Translations under genes and position numbers: made by a program
The notes under the pieces: model-generated
Seen by the model: only the letters and a program-made list of their open reading frames with translations
Databases searched by the model: none
What the model was told of the DNA's origin: nothing
Shown here: positions 41,892-55,800 of the stretch, one piece after another
Layout of the letters: every line of letters begins with the position of its first letter
Position numbering within the stretch: the stretch's first letter is position 1
Origin: a virus
IMG/VR virus record: IMGVR_UViG_3300000228_000006
Coordinates: 526-64,525 of that record
DNA length: 64,000 bases
Reading direction: 5' to 3' (one strand)

Positions 41892-44800
41892 TTAACATGG
41901 GAAAATAGTCTCTAAATCATCATCATATATTGATTTATTCTCATCTCCTGTTAATGTTTGTATTAATACATTCAATTTTGCATTTACTGTATCTATTGGT
42001 TTTTTAGCTTCTCTAACACTAGATAAATTTAAAGATGTATTAGCTAATGCTTGTACTATCCTGATTTTTATGCCATCAACGCTATTTAAATCTATCTCAA
42101 TATCTTCCTTAGATAAATTTAAAAAGTCTAATGCTATAAGTAATTCATTATATAATTTCTTATTAGTTGTTGAGTCTTTTAAATTTTCAAAGTAATTTAA
42201 AATATTAATTAATTCTTGGTAATCATTTTTATCTAGTCCTTCAAGTCATTTAGTTTGTAGTAGATTAAATGATAAATTTGTTGGCTCTTCTGAAGTTATT
42301 GCCGTATTCTGTATTTCTTCTTCTACTTGTTCAATATTTGGAACTATTGTTTCTTTCTTAGTTTTTGAATTTACAGGGGGCTTTTCAGGATTAATTAACT
42401 CTTCTTTAAATTTGTTTTCTAAATTAATTATAATTCTTGGTGGTTCTGGAACTGCGTTAATAAAGGTTTTTTTACTAATATTTATTCCATCACTGGTTTT
42501 TCTTACAGTATTATTATTATCAGTGTAAGATAAAATATTATAATATATTGGCCCTTGATTACCAATAAAAGCCATAAGTTTATCTACTGTTTCTTGCATT
42601 TCTGCAATAATTGGTTTATATTCCTCCGATGGATTTTTATAGAATCTTAGGTTAAATAAATTTATAAAAGGCATTGCCCAAGTTCCATTAGTTTTAATTA
42701 ATGGTAGAACTTTCTTTTTTAATTCTTTTGCATTTAATGTACTATTATCACTATAAGTTTTAGCTATAGTTTCTAATGTAGTTTTAAAATTAATAAAAGA
42801 ACTTCCTACTTTTTTAGTATCTCTACTTGTAAAAATATCTTCAATTAGACCTAAAATAGATGTTGGCAGTTTAAAGTTTACACTTGATTTATTAAATTCT
42901 CCTTTTTCAATATCAAATAATTTATCAAATAGACCTTTATCTTCAATAATTAATTTAGTAAGCCAATCTAATATCTGAGTTGGACTAGCTAATGCATTAA
43001 AGGCTTTTTTATCAAAGGACTTATTACCATCTGCATATATTTCTTTAGCCTCTTGTTTAACCTGTTCAATAGTCCTACTTTCTACAAACACTGGGATTAA
43101 TTTAGTTTGTATATCTTTACCAACTCCTCCCTCAAAATCATTTTTATATGACAATTTTATATAGGGTTTTCCTGCATATTTTTCATATAACTTCTTAATT
43201 TGTTCATCAGTTCTTGGTGTTCCATAATTAAATGAATTTATTAAAGATTTAAATGCCGCATAATTAGGTTCAGATGGATAAAAGAATATAGTTGGTGTAC
43301 CGCCCTCTGATTTAACTAACGTTCCTGGGAATGTATTAGTTATTTCAGTTAAGTATGTTTTACTATTAATATTTTTACCATTACTATCTTTGAATTTAAC
43401 AAGTCTAGTATTAGTAATAAGTTTAACATCAGTAAAAGTCAGTGGTTTACCTATTTCTACTATATGTACATCAGCATTTGTTTTAAAATATTTAGTTAGC
43501 TCTTTAATTTTGTCTGTATATGCTTCTCCTGTTTTTTCACCAAATTCAAAATTATCATTGCCGTTTTTAGAAATATTAGCTAAAGTTAAGTAATGACTCT
43601 TACCATCATAGGTTATTTTTAATGATAGATTGATAAAAGGATCTGCATTTGTTAAAGTTTGCCCTATATTAAATCCAAATTTATCTCCTGGCTTATTAAA
43701 TTCTTTATCATACATTGAAGCTGTTAATACATAGTCAACTTCTACTTCTCTAGACTTAATATTATCAATCCCTAAAGCTCGTTTAATAAATTCTTTATTA
43801 TTTGCATCATTAAAAAGTGCTGTTTTATGGCTTTTTATGTTATTAAAAATTGCTAATGTTTTTAAATCACTTCAAGTTTTAAATAACTCTTCTGCATCTT
43901 CGCCCTTAATTCTAGTGTCTACACCATTTAATACTTTAAAATTTAAGTCAGTATTTGTTTTTGATCCTCCAAACTCAATAAAATCTACTTTATTTGTATC
44001 CACATTTCTTCTTACAACAGCATTTCAATTATTATAAAAGCTATGAAACATTATATCAAAATTATCTTCTATAATAGTTTGCTTAGAGCCATCTGCATTT
44101 GTTTTTGTTGATGTAGGTTGTTTAAATTCATCCCCATTAATATCATCATTTCCATTTAATTCATTATTAGTTATGATGAAATCTGTGTTATAATCTACCT
44201 TCTCACTTGTTATCGAGCCTTCTGTTGTATTTTCTTCATCAAGGTTAGTAATTGTATTAGAAAAAGTAAACCCCTTTGACATAGCCTTAAAATCATTATC
44301 AAGGAGTTCTTTAATAGTTTTAATTCTAGTATCTTTATTCTTGTTAATAACCTCTTCTGTTAATGGTTCACGTATTTCAGTAAAATTATCTGATACATTT
44401 TCAATTTTTAATGACTTAGTAAAATTTAAACCAGAATCTACAATAATAGTACCATTTTTTGCTCTAGATATATAAGTATAAAATTCTTTTAATTTATGAT
44501 TTGTTTTTTCAGATTTAATTAATGATGTATCAAATATAAAGTAGTCTGATTCATTACCTTGAATATTATTTAAATTAAATATTTTCAGATTTGGATTTTC
44601 TAGGTTAATTCCAGCAGCTATTAAAGATTGTTTATAATCCTCAGATAAACCATTGTAGTCATCACTAGACTCTGTTAATATACCTACTTTTAAACCATTA
44701 TCTAAATTTATTTTCATTACTTTTAATAAGTCTTGATTTAAATCAGGTACAATTATATCTCCATTTAAAACCCCATTTTTAGTGTCTAAAAAGGAATGTA

Positions 44801-47800
44801 AAGTTGGTTTAATATTATCTAAAGTTAATAGTACATTCGATTCAGTATTATCAAAGTCTTCTGTATAAAATTTAGAAATAGTACTAATTAATCCAATCAT
44901 GGAATCATTGTTATCTCTTTTTTGATTATTAGCAGAACGAACTGTAATATTTAGAGTTGGAGTAAATATTCCATTTGCTCTATTTGCATTATATTCTATA
45001 AAGCCATTAACATCAACTTTTTTACCAATTTGATTAGTATCTCCTGCTGTATGAATTTTCATAAAGCTACCCTTTTCTTTAGTAAGTCGTGATATTTCAT
45101 TTAAGATAACTAACTCAACTGCAGAAAAGTGTGTTGTTTCATCTATTAATAGTAAATTAGGTAAATTTTCTAAAGAAACTTTATTTAATTCCTCAAAAAT
45201 AAATGGCATACCATTATCAGATTCTTTTAATTTAACTGCTGGTAAGTTTTCATAATCAGTTCCTTGTTCTATATACTTATTATTAGTATTAGTTAAAGAT
45301 GCTTCTTCTTCTTTAATAGTTTCCATTAAAGCCCCTATACCTAATTTTTCATATAAAAGTTTTTTACTAAAGTTTTCAGTATTTAGTGTGGAAGTGTTAA
45401 TTCCTTCTAAAACATCTGTCATTAATTTAGAACCCTGATCTTTATGAGGGCCAGCAAATCAAATGCTTAAATTTGGATTATCTGGCAATAATGCTTTTAC
45501 AAGCATTTTAAATACAACAGTTGTTTTACCTGTACCACCACCTCCTAAAATAAATGTTATTAAATCTGTTTTTAATAATTCCGTTTTAGTATTTTCATCC
45601 ATATTCTCAGTTATCATCTGAAATAATTCTGGACTTACTGTAGAAGCCATCATTACTTTAGCTGCTAACTCTTGAGTATAAAATGGTGCTTTATTAAAGG
45701 CTATATCTTCTAATATATTTAAATCTTTAATAAAATGATCTCTAGAATTTATAGAAAAAATAGTTGCTAAATAAATAGCTCTTTCATAATCAGTAATATC
45801 CTCAGATTTAAAATCTTTATTTATCACAGATTTATTATCAGTTATATTTAAAAATTCAAGTATTACCTTAAAAGCCTCTGCTTTATTGTCTTTATTTGCT
45901 TCATAAATTAATGTTTCAATTTTCATTAATTTTTTCTCATTAGAATCTTTTGAATTTAAAATTTCAGTTAAATCCGGTATAACAGGGTTACCTTTATACA
46001 TAGGATTTTGCTTTATTAAACTCTTAATAGTCTCTAAATTGGTTTTAGTCATAATTTCTCTTACTGCTTCTTGTTCATTGAACATTTTAGAAGAATTACT
46101 TTTAGATATATTTAAAATAAATTCTAATTTATTAATGTATCTATCTAAGTCTTTATTCATTAAAGTGGCAGTATCTGAACTAATAGTTTTTAAACTTATA
46201 GTATCAGAGGTAATCTTATTTCTTTTAACAAAATTTTGTCTTGAAGCAATGAATCCAATAGGGTCTCCATAACTTAATTCAGTCGTACTCATAGAATTAA
46301 CTACTGATTTTAACAATTTTAAAGTATTAATAGCTTGTTGTAAATCTCTATTTTTAATTCCTTCTGCTAAATAATTTGATATAGACGAAGATGAAATTAA
46401 AGACTGTTCTTCTTGTTTTAATAATTGTAAAATAGTTGATGTTCTACTTTTTGAATTATCCTCTAAAGATAATTGAAATTCTTCTAAAAAATTGTATAAT
46501 TCATTTTCAACTAAATCTAGCCCTTTAGCTTGTAATTCATATAATTTATTTAATTGTTTTAAATCACGTATAGAATTTTTGTTATCTACTAAGTTTTTTA
46601 TGGCTTTTTCTAATTGTTTATTAGTATCTTCATCTCCTAATAACTTGGTAAATTCTATAGGTAAGTTTAATTTTTCAATTGTTTCTTTTCTATAGTCTGT
46701 TCCAATAACATAAGTAATTTCATCCTCATTTTCTTCAGAAATTGCTGCTTGTTCTTTAAGAATTTGTTCAAATAAATCTTTATCATCTTCTTCATAGTAA
46801 ACATCTCCATTTTTTAAAGTTATTTTATTTATTTTATTTGTGTACTGATTTAATTGATTAGCTATTTTATCTGCATTATTTAAAATAGATAACATATCTA
46901 ATGGATTTGTAATGGTGAAATTTTTCAAATAAACATTATTTAATTCTAATAATCTATTATCCACCATTTTTTTAGCTTCCTTAAACATTTCCATGTCTGC
47001 TTTTCCAGGTTTACTTAAAGTATCTAAAAGTAATTCTAAAGCTATATTATTTATTTTTAAGAAATCTGGCTTATTTTTTGCAATAGCTGCATTTTTTTCT
47101 ACTATTCAAACTTTATTTTTATAATCTAAGTATTCTCTATATTGAGAATAAATTGAATTTTCTGAATTGTAATTTTTATAAGTATTTAATTTAGATTGTA
47201 TATCTTCTAAAAATACATCAAGGTTAGGAGTATCAGAATTTAAAATATCATTTCATTCATTACTTATTAAACTATTTATTTCTTCTGTATTTCTTATACT
47301 TTCTAATTTAAATTCATCTGTTTTAGCCCTTGAATTCAAATCAGTTAATTCTTGTATTAAGGGTTTTAATAATTCTTGAATTTGAGCTGAAAGGCCTATT
47401 CCTGACTTATCTAAAAGTTTAGTAACATCAGTTTCTCCATTAATTATTTGGTCTAATAAATCATTGCTTAAGGTTGGGTTAGCTTTTTTAAAATTATCTA
47501 ATAATCTATTACGTTTTTCAATTAAATAATTTTCAGCTATTTCATTTAAATCATAAAATTCTCCTGTAAACGGATTATCAAAATAATTATTTAACTCATC
47601 TTGTTCAGAATTTAATTCCTTTGGAAGTTTACTTTCTAATAGTTGTTCAAACTTAAAGTTAATAGCTTTAATGTTACTTAAATTAGATATATCACCTAAT
47701 CCAAAAGTAATTTTAGATTTTTCTAAATTATCAATCTCTTCTTGTATTTCTGGAGTTATTTCTTCAGATTGAAGTAATTGAGTTATTTTTAAATTTACAT

Positions 47801-50800
47801 TATTATTAAAAGCATTTACGCTATCATTAAAATGTTCTGCAAATTTTTCACCAGAAAAACTAGTTGGAGGTAATCCTTTACTTAAACTATCAATAATATA
47901 AGCAACTTTGCTTATCTTTTTTACTTCTCCTTCATCCTCAATTTCAATTTCTTCTTCTAATTGACTTTTACTCAATGGCTTAAATTCTCCATCAATATAA
48001 TTGCCAACTAAACCATTATTTATGAAATTAGAAGCTACGTCAGTTCTATATACATCTCAAGGTGCAAATTGTTTTTTAGTATACCCTTTTAGTTCATTAC
48101 TAATTTGAATGTAACTTTCTATAGCTCTTGCTTTTTCCTCTTCTGTTCCTGCAGTATTAAAGATTTCTATTGTTCTTTTTAAATCTAAAGTTTTTTTATG
48201 AATCTCTTTTCTAACTGCATCATATCCAGTTTCCACTCATTTTGCAATTGCTGGATTAGTATTTTTCTCTAACTCTAAATAAGCCTTATATTTAGTTTCT
48301 AAATCAAATTTTATATCAGCATTATCTAAGTAACCTTGAAATTCTTTATTTATTCGCTCTTTACTTAATCCTAGCCCAGTTTCTGGCAGTTTATAATAAT
48401 CAATATTGTATTTTGTTTTAGTGTATGTATTTTTATCGAGTGTTAATCAATCTTGGCTTAGTTGTTTTGATAAGTAAAAGGTAGCTTGTCCAAAATAATG
48501 TTCGGCATTTTTACCTTCTAATATATCATTTTTCTTTTGAATATATATTTTACGTTCATCCTCTAATAAAGTAATAGTAGCTTTATTATTAACTTTAGCT
48601 TCTTCTGTTGTAGTTAAACTTTGTATTTTAGTAGTTAAATCTACTATCCTATCCAAACTTCTTGTATAATCTTCTAATATTAAACCTTCAATACCAACTG
48701 CATTATCTCCTTTCGCTTTTTCTAGTTCATTAATAACAATATGATCTAATAAAGCCTTTTTAACAATTTCTTCATTAGTATGAGCTAACCCTTGAGAATT
48801 CATAATACCATCTATGGAATTAATCATCCCAATAGCTGTATCAGCAATAACATCTGCTTGAGATTTACCTTGCTCTGCTGCTACTGGATTTCCATCAACA
48901 TCTACTGGAGATATATAAGAATTACCCAAACGTTTTCTTTGTCTATTAATTTCATTAATTGCTAAGTCTTTTTGACCATTCCCAATTAATTGATATATTG
49001 ATTGTTTTACTTCCTGAGGTATTTTTCCAGTTAATCTTGGCTCAATAACTGTTGAGTTAAATTCAAACATTGGACCGCCAATCATACCGCCAACTAAATT
49101 AGCTACATAATTTTCTAGCCCAGATTTTGAGAATATAACATCTGTACCTCCAAAACTTCCCTGCTTTTCAGTAAATCCTAAATAAGACATTGTATCTATT
49201 ACGCCTTTAGTAGCATCCTGTACTAATTGCTCACTTACTTCTTCTACTCCTTCCACAACTGAATGTTTCCAAAGATTTTCCCCCAAAACAGAAGGAGACA
49301 TAAATGTATCCTCAATTGTATTTTTAAAATTTTTAAATATTCCTGCTAATTTAACCTTACCTTCAACCTTATTTGATTCTGCAAATGCACTTTTAATAGG
49401 TTCAAAGTACCCTGAAATACTTTTTTTCATTAGGGCTTTATTAGTCTCAATAGAATATCCAGTTGATTTATCTAAAAATCAATCTCCCATCCTATTATTC
49501 ATCATAACCCCATATTGACCAGCAGCTACTGCTAATGTAGCAAATCCAGCTGTACGTTTATCATAGCCTCCTTCAATAGCTGCTCCATAGGTATCAGCAG
49601 ATGTAGTTAATGCCATATACCCTAAATTTAAAGCTTTTGACATAGCAGACTGTTTTTTAAGAAATTCAGCCATTTCTGGTATTTTAGACATAGCTGATTG
49701 TTTTAACATCCCTATATCTTTCATATCTATCTTTCCACTAATAACTCCTTGTAATAATTCATTATCAATTCCTTTAGCAATCTTCTCTCCTTCGTCAGAT
49801 AATTTTAAAGCTGAATTATTAGTAAATACTTTAGCTAAACTAGCTGCAGCTCTTTGTTCGTATATTTGAGAGAATACACTTGTAACCATTTGGCCCATTT
49901 GTTCATAATTAAACATTGAGCCCTGAGCCTCATCTGAAAAAGACTGTGCTTTAAATTTAGTCATGTAACCCTCTGCTGCAGTTGCAGCGTCAGTTAATCC
50001 GCTTTTATTTTCTCCTAGTAATAACCCTTCAAATGATTTATAAAATGTTGGTAAAACTGATGATAATCCAATAGCAGCACTTACTCTCCCATAATGAATA
50101 TTAAATCCTGGTATTAAATATGGAGCTATTTGTGCAGCTAATTTAAATGTTGTTCCACTTATAGATTTCTCTCTACTATCAGAATCCATAAAATCAAGCT
50201 TATTAAATATACTGCCATCAGTAGTTAATACATCTGTTGGGTTTAATACTTGTTTTCCATAAACTTCTCTATCTCCAAGTGTTTCCATAAAGAGATTACC
50301 ACTTGCATCAGCTTTTCAATCCCCCTTTTTATGTTTAACTTGTACTCCATATTCTGGATCTAGATGTACTCCTTCTTCATCCCATTGTGCATAAACTAAA
50401 GTTTCCCCAAAAAAATTATTTAATAATCCCCTATCATTAGCAGAGTCTTTACTCCATTCTCCTGTTTTAGTATCAAATATTTTTCCAGATTGTGCTATTT
50501 CTCTTAAAGATAGTGGATTTGCATCAATACTTCCTACTCCTGTCCAACCTTTTAATGATTTAAATGGATCTATATCTTGACTATATTCTACATCTACTTT
50601 ATAAGTTTTTGCAAATTTTGGACGTGTAATATCAAAAGGACTATACTCAATAGTATCTAACCCTTTTAAATATTCTTCATTAGTGATTTCTGCATATTTA
50701 GTTGAGGCTACTGCATAAGCATCGTTAAATGCTAAATCATCAAACTTGCCATTTTCATCTTTAAACTTTTCTTGTATAAAAGTAGATTGTTTATATTTAT

Positions 50801-50918
50801 CTTTACTAAATAATGAAGTATTATTTCCATTTATATTTGAGCTAAGTAGGTCATATGAACTTGCAGTAGGGTTATCCAATACTGCCACCATCATATCATT
50901 TGCTTTAGTTATTTCCAT
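41892..50918 (-). CDS. Giant virion/cargo protein D (3008 aa, 11 TGA) with N-terminal hydrophobic segments and an internal SF1 helicase-like domain
   Basis: Seven track ORFs in one frame. GGGGTGKTT, LLIDETTH, AGDTNQ, IQGNESDY and YTYISRA. Ends IFPC*. Confidence 0.85.
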
Positions 50919-50919
50919 A

Positions 50920-52797
50920 TTATTCTATTAATTTTTTTGCATTTGCACTTACTGGTTTATTTCCAGTCATATTTGGGTCTTCTTGTAAATTTCTTTGAAT
51001 GTCTGCAATACCTGCAGCTGGCCCATATAAATGTGAGTTAATTGCAGCTATTTGTGCTGAAGCATCTGGTCTATATGCTATATATGTCATTCCAGCTAGT
51101 GGTCTTTCTAATGATAAAGTTCCTTTTGGAATTACTTTTTTAATAATTGGTTTAGCTGTAGTTCCTGAAGTAAATGTCCAGGCTTGTTCCATTAAATTTG
51201 TAGCTATATCTGCATTATCTCCAATTAATCTAACTAAATTTTTATTATCTGCAAATTCTGTAGCTGAGTTAGTTAATGTAGGAATTGCTAAAAATGGTTT
51301 AACATATTTATTATCTCTAATAACTTTAGTAATTTTACCATCTTTGCCAGGGATAGCATCTATATAAATATTAAAACCAGCGTCATGGAATCTTTTTTCT
51401 GCTACTTTAATGGACTCTTTATCTTTATTTGCTTCATAAACTGCCATTAAATCCTTAAATTCTTGCATACTTTCAAAATCAGGTAAACCTCCATCTTTAA
51501 CTGGTAAAAGTACCTGTGCTACATCCTGTCCATTGTAGACTAAATTTTGTAATTGAATTGGATTAATTTTTATATCCCCTAAATAGGCTTTATTAATATC
51601 TAATAAAATACCCAAACCACCTTGAGTTAAAGCATTAGCCACTGTAGAAACTCCAATTTGTTCATTATTTTTTAAATTTAGCAATGGCCCAATAGACGAA
51701 GCATGAATTGACATTTTTGTTCCTTTATTATTATTAATGTCATAGTTATTGCCAGTTATGTTTAATTTACCTGAATGGAATAATTCTGTAGGGGATAAAG
51801 CTATATTTTTAACTGCCTCTCCATTTTTTCCAGTTCTATTTCCATCAGTATCTTTAACTTCTGAAATACTTACATCTGATTCTGGAGCATAACTTGCAGT
51901 TAATAATTCTTTAATAATGGTTTTTGAATCTTCTTTGCCTTCCATTATTGTTATGAGTTCTAATTTTCTTTGGGCAGACTCTCCTAATGTAGACCATATA
52001 TAATTTAATGCAGTAGTTAAGTCTTTTTGTTTACTGCTAGATGTAATTTTATAAGAGCCATCAGCAGTTATACTAGATAATGCATCTAATTCTTTTTGAG
52101 TTGGCTTTCTACTTCCTGTAATTTTAGCTATTTCACTTGACATGTCCTTAGTTGCATAAAAATCTGTACTATCAGATGCTAACTTAACCATTGATACAAT
52201 AGATTGCACATGGTCACTAATTTTATTCATGCCAATAGAAGTGTTAGCTACTTCAAAAACTCCATTCTGTCCTGTTAATTGTGCTTCAAAATTCCTAGCA
52301 TTTAAAAGTTCAGATACAGTTAATAATTTAACCTTACCTTTATTTTCTTTATAAGTATTTAAACTAATAGCTTGTATTTGCCCATCTCCTCTACGAGTGT
52401 AAACCTCATTATTAGTACCAATTGCAGTTTCTCCATATCCACCTGTTTTTTCTGAAGTTGCAACAGCAGAATCCCAAGCTTTCTTATTTTCCATTAATTG
52501 ATTTACTTTAGCAATTTGTTGTAAATAATTAATCATTGGCTTAGCCCCAAATGTATTTGAAGCTCCAAAATAATCTTGTTGTAATGTAGTCATTTTAGTA
52601 GCAAAATCATTTACGTCATTTACTAATCCAGCTCCCATTAATTTTTCATAAATTTTATCATTCATAACACCCTCTTCACCAGATTTCTCTGATGAAGATG
52701 CTTGTGTTGATGTTGATGTTGATTGTTGTGGTGCTGGATTAATATAAGGAGTAAAAGTTATTCCTCCACCTCCTGCCAATTTTAATGTATATTTCAT
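50920..52797 (-). CDS. Putative virion cargo protein E (625 aa, no TGA)
   Basis: Intact ORF; stop 1 nt before gene D; starts MKYTLKLAGGGG. Confidence 0.8.
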   Translation of the reverse strand: MKYTLKLAGGGGITFTPYINPAPQQSTSTSTQASSSEKSGEEGVMNDKIYEKLMGAGLVNDVNDFATKMTTLQQDYFGASNTFGAKPMINYLQQIAKVNQLMENKKAWDSAVATSEKTGGYGETAIGTNNEVYTRRGDGQIQAISLNTYKENKGKVKLLTVSELLNARNFEAQLTGQNGVFEVANTSIGMNKISDHVQSIVSMVKLASDSTDFYATKDMSSEIAKITGSRKPTQKELDALSSITADGSYKITSSSKQKDLTTALNYIWSTLGESAQRKLELITIMEGKEDSKTIIKELLTASYAPESDVSISEVKDTDGNRTGKNGEAVKNIALSPTELFHSGKLNITGNNYDINNNKGTKMSIHASSIGPLLNLKNNEQIGVSTVANALTQGGLGILLDINKAYLGDIKINPIQLQNLVYNGQDVAQVLLPVKDGGLPDFESMQEFKDLMAVYEANKDKESIKVAEKRFHDAGFNIYIDAIPGKDGKITKVIRDNKYVKPFLAIPTLTNSATEFADNKNLVRLIGDNADIATNLMEQAWTFTSGTTAKPIIKKVIPKGTLSLERPLAGMTYIAYRPDASAQIAAINSHLYGPAAGIADIQRNLQEDPNMTGNKPVSANAKKLIE

Positions 52798-52800
52798 ATT

Positions 52801-55800
52801 TTATTTAAATACTTTTATTAAAGAATCTTGCATTAATTTATGATTAGCTAAGATCGTTTTATATAATAATCTTACTTCTTCAATACTTTTTTTATTTTCA
52901 TTTTTAATATTCTCAATATCTATCTTATCTTGTTTAGATAAACTGCCTCCTTTTTTGTTATAAGTTGGTTGATTATACATTAACTTCATTTTTACAATAT
53001 TAAGTCTATCAGTTCAATCTTCTATACTTTTAGTATAGGCTGTTCTAGCATTTGTCAAATCGAGGTATCTTTGAGATTGATTTCAAGGTTTCATTGTATT
53101 ACTGCCTTGTACTTTTAAAGCCTCTGCATTATAGTCAGTTTCAGCTTTTGCAAATGCAGCATCATCATACAGTTTAGATTTATCTCTTAATGCTTTATAT
53201 TCATCCCCAGTTTGCATTGCAATTAACTCAGAATAATCTTTTTCACGTTTTCTATTTGTAAGATTTTTTAAATATGATAATCCAAGATCATTTTTAATTT
53301 GGTATCTTTGAGCTATCCTATTAGCTTCAATTAAATTAGCTTTATTTGCTCCTTCTTTAATAGATGCATTATTCCAATCAGCAATTGCAGTATTTCCAAC
53401 AAGTGTTTTATAATCAGCATTAGCTTGTGCTTGAATACCTTTATTATATAATTCAGTTCCTCTCTCTCTATAACCTGCTGCAGCTTCTTCTCCTTTAGTA
53501 AACATTTGTAACTTTGCAGCCATTTGTTTATTTCCGTCAGAATAGGCATTTCCTGTGCTATTGCCAACTGTATTAGCCTCTGTTTTTACATTTTGAGCCA
53601 TTCTATCATAAGGATTATACATAATAATCCTTTGATTAGGTTGCATAGTTTTAGTTGCTACATTAGTTACTGCTTGAATTTGTTTAGCAGCACTTTGATC
53701 AACAGCGTCTAATCCTTTTAAAGCTAAAGTAGTGTTAACTATATCTGTAGGGTCTATTTTAATTTTACCTCAATTTATAGGCTTAGATTCAGCTTTATAT
53801 GCAGTTCCTGTTTTATCATTTACAATAATAGGAGTTTCTACTATTGGTTTTTCAGAAATAACAGCAGGAGTAGGAGTTGGTGCTTGTTCCGTTTTTACAG
53901 GTAAAGTTGCTTGGTATTTTTTCATTACAAAATTTTGTATTGGGCCAAAATAATTATCTGTAACAAGCCTGGTGAATTTATTATAATCTTCTGGAGTTAA
54001 TCGAACCGAGCTTTTAGTAGCAGTAATGTGCTTATTTAAGTCTGGCAAATACTCTAAAAATTGTTGTTGAGAAATATTATGTCTAAAAGTGTCCCACTCT
54101 GGTGTCTTTTGAAATTCGGTAGGTTTTCCATAAGGAATGTAATGCTTTAAATTCTTTGGAATTTTTGCATAATCCACTAAAACTTCATTTCTAACAATTC
54201 CAGGATCAGCTGGGATTTGATGTTTTACAATTCCACCTTGTTGTCTTTTCAAAATTCTTTGTACCTCAGCTCTATATTGATTAAATTTTTCTTGTGTTTT
54301 AGCATAGGACTTTTGAGTTGATTCATTGTCTTTTGTTTTAAGCTTTATTTTAAGTTTATTAACTTTTGCACCTAAATCCCTATTTTTAACTTTATTGTTC
54401 ATTTTTTCCTGCAAAGCTTTAATTTCTTTCATTTTTGCAGCACGTTTTGCAACTTCTTCTGGGCTTCTAGTTACTTTTGGAATAGTTCCTTGATAATCAT
54501 TAAGGTATTTTTTAGCTAATTCATAATCTCTAGTATCAATAGATCTATCACCATTTGGAGTTACTTTTGGGCCTTTACCTAAAATACGTAAATCACCTTT
54601 AACTTCATGAATAGCACTAACATTAGATAATTTTAAATCTTTTAAAGTTTTCATTTCAGCCTCTGTAATCTTACCCTCAGCTTTTAATGTAGCTATTAAT
54701 TCATCTTTCAATTTATTATCAATCTCCTCATTTTTAAGAGCAATTTTTTCTTTATTTTGAAATGGAAGTTTATCTTTATTTAATCCTAATACTTTACTAT
54801 CTTTTGGCCTTTCAATTGTTTTATCAACTGAAAATTCTTTATCACCTAATTTAAAAGTAGTTTCACCTTTAGTTTTAGTTCCAACAGTTGTTTGTCTTTT
54901 GATTGCTCTTATACCTTCAAAATCTTTATACCAAGTTTTACCAATACTACCTGCAATAGCCATAGCTTTAAAATCTTCTGGTCTAGTATATTCTATACCA
55001 TCATTAGATATAGTTGAAACCACTCCTGGAGCAGCCATTAGTCCTGGAGTCATTCCAGCAATTCTTGCACTATTTCTTACAAATTTATTTTTTGTTAATT
55101 TAGTCAATAATTCTGATGAATTTGGTATACTTTTCCAAACAGCTTGTGTAGCAGCTCCTAAAGTAGTACTGCCAAGTAATGGAATTGAAGCATTTTGCAC
55201 AACTTCTAAAGCCTCCATACCTTCCTTAATAACTTTATCAGCTAACACTTTTTTAGAAGCATCTAATTTAACTACTTTTTTAAGTAATTCTTGCGTAGTT
55301 TTAGTGCCATGTATTTTATTTAAAGTTGCTATTTCTTGTAATGCAGTTTTTTCAGAGGAAGTTAACACTTTACCAAGCTTTTCAGATTTTGTTATTACTT
55401 TTGCAATATCAAACCCCTTGTCAACTGTTTTACCTAATTTAAGTAAAGTTTTAACTCCACCTAAACCAATTAGTGATAATCCAATAAACCCGAAATTTAG
55501 TATATGTGTCCCTAAATCATCTACTTTACCATCTAATAAATCTTTAGTTAAATCTGCGCCTGTTGTTACAGTTGCTCCAATTGCACCAGCTACTGGAATA
55601 AATGAAGCCACTGTTCCCGCGGTTGACAATACATCTAACCCATTCTCTCTCCAATCTTGCCCCTTCCATGTACCTGTTATATCTTTTGCTCCTCTTGTTG
55701 TTTTTTCTGTTTTTTCTGTTGAGGCAGTTGTAGAGTTTAATTTATCTTGGTAGGCTTTAAAATCAATACCTTTTTGAGCTTTAATAATTCCTCCAACTTT

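Noticed and set aside
50999-51367. 122-aa + strand ORF and other short antisense ORFs in the track (e.g. 87-338, 7026-7319, 12568-12848, 32174-32419, 39640-40494, 46039-46695)
   Set aside because: They overlap well-supported genes on the opposite strand and carry no recognisable motifs.
53331-53567. 78-aa alternative-frame minus-strand ORF
   Set aside because: Nested out of frame within gene F with no independent support.
54899-55753. 284-aa + strand ORF
   Set aside because: Lies wholly antisense to gene F, has shadow-ORF composition, and has no promoter or motif.
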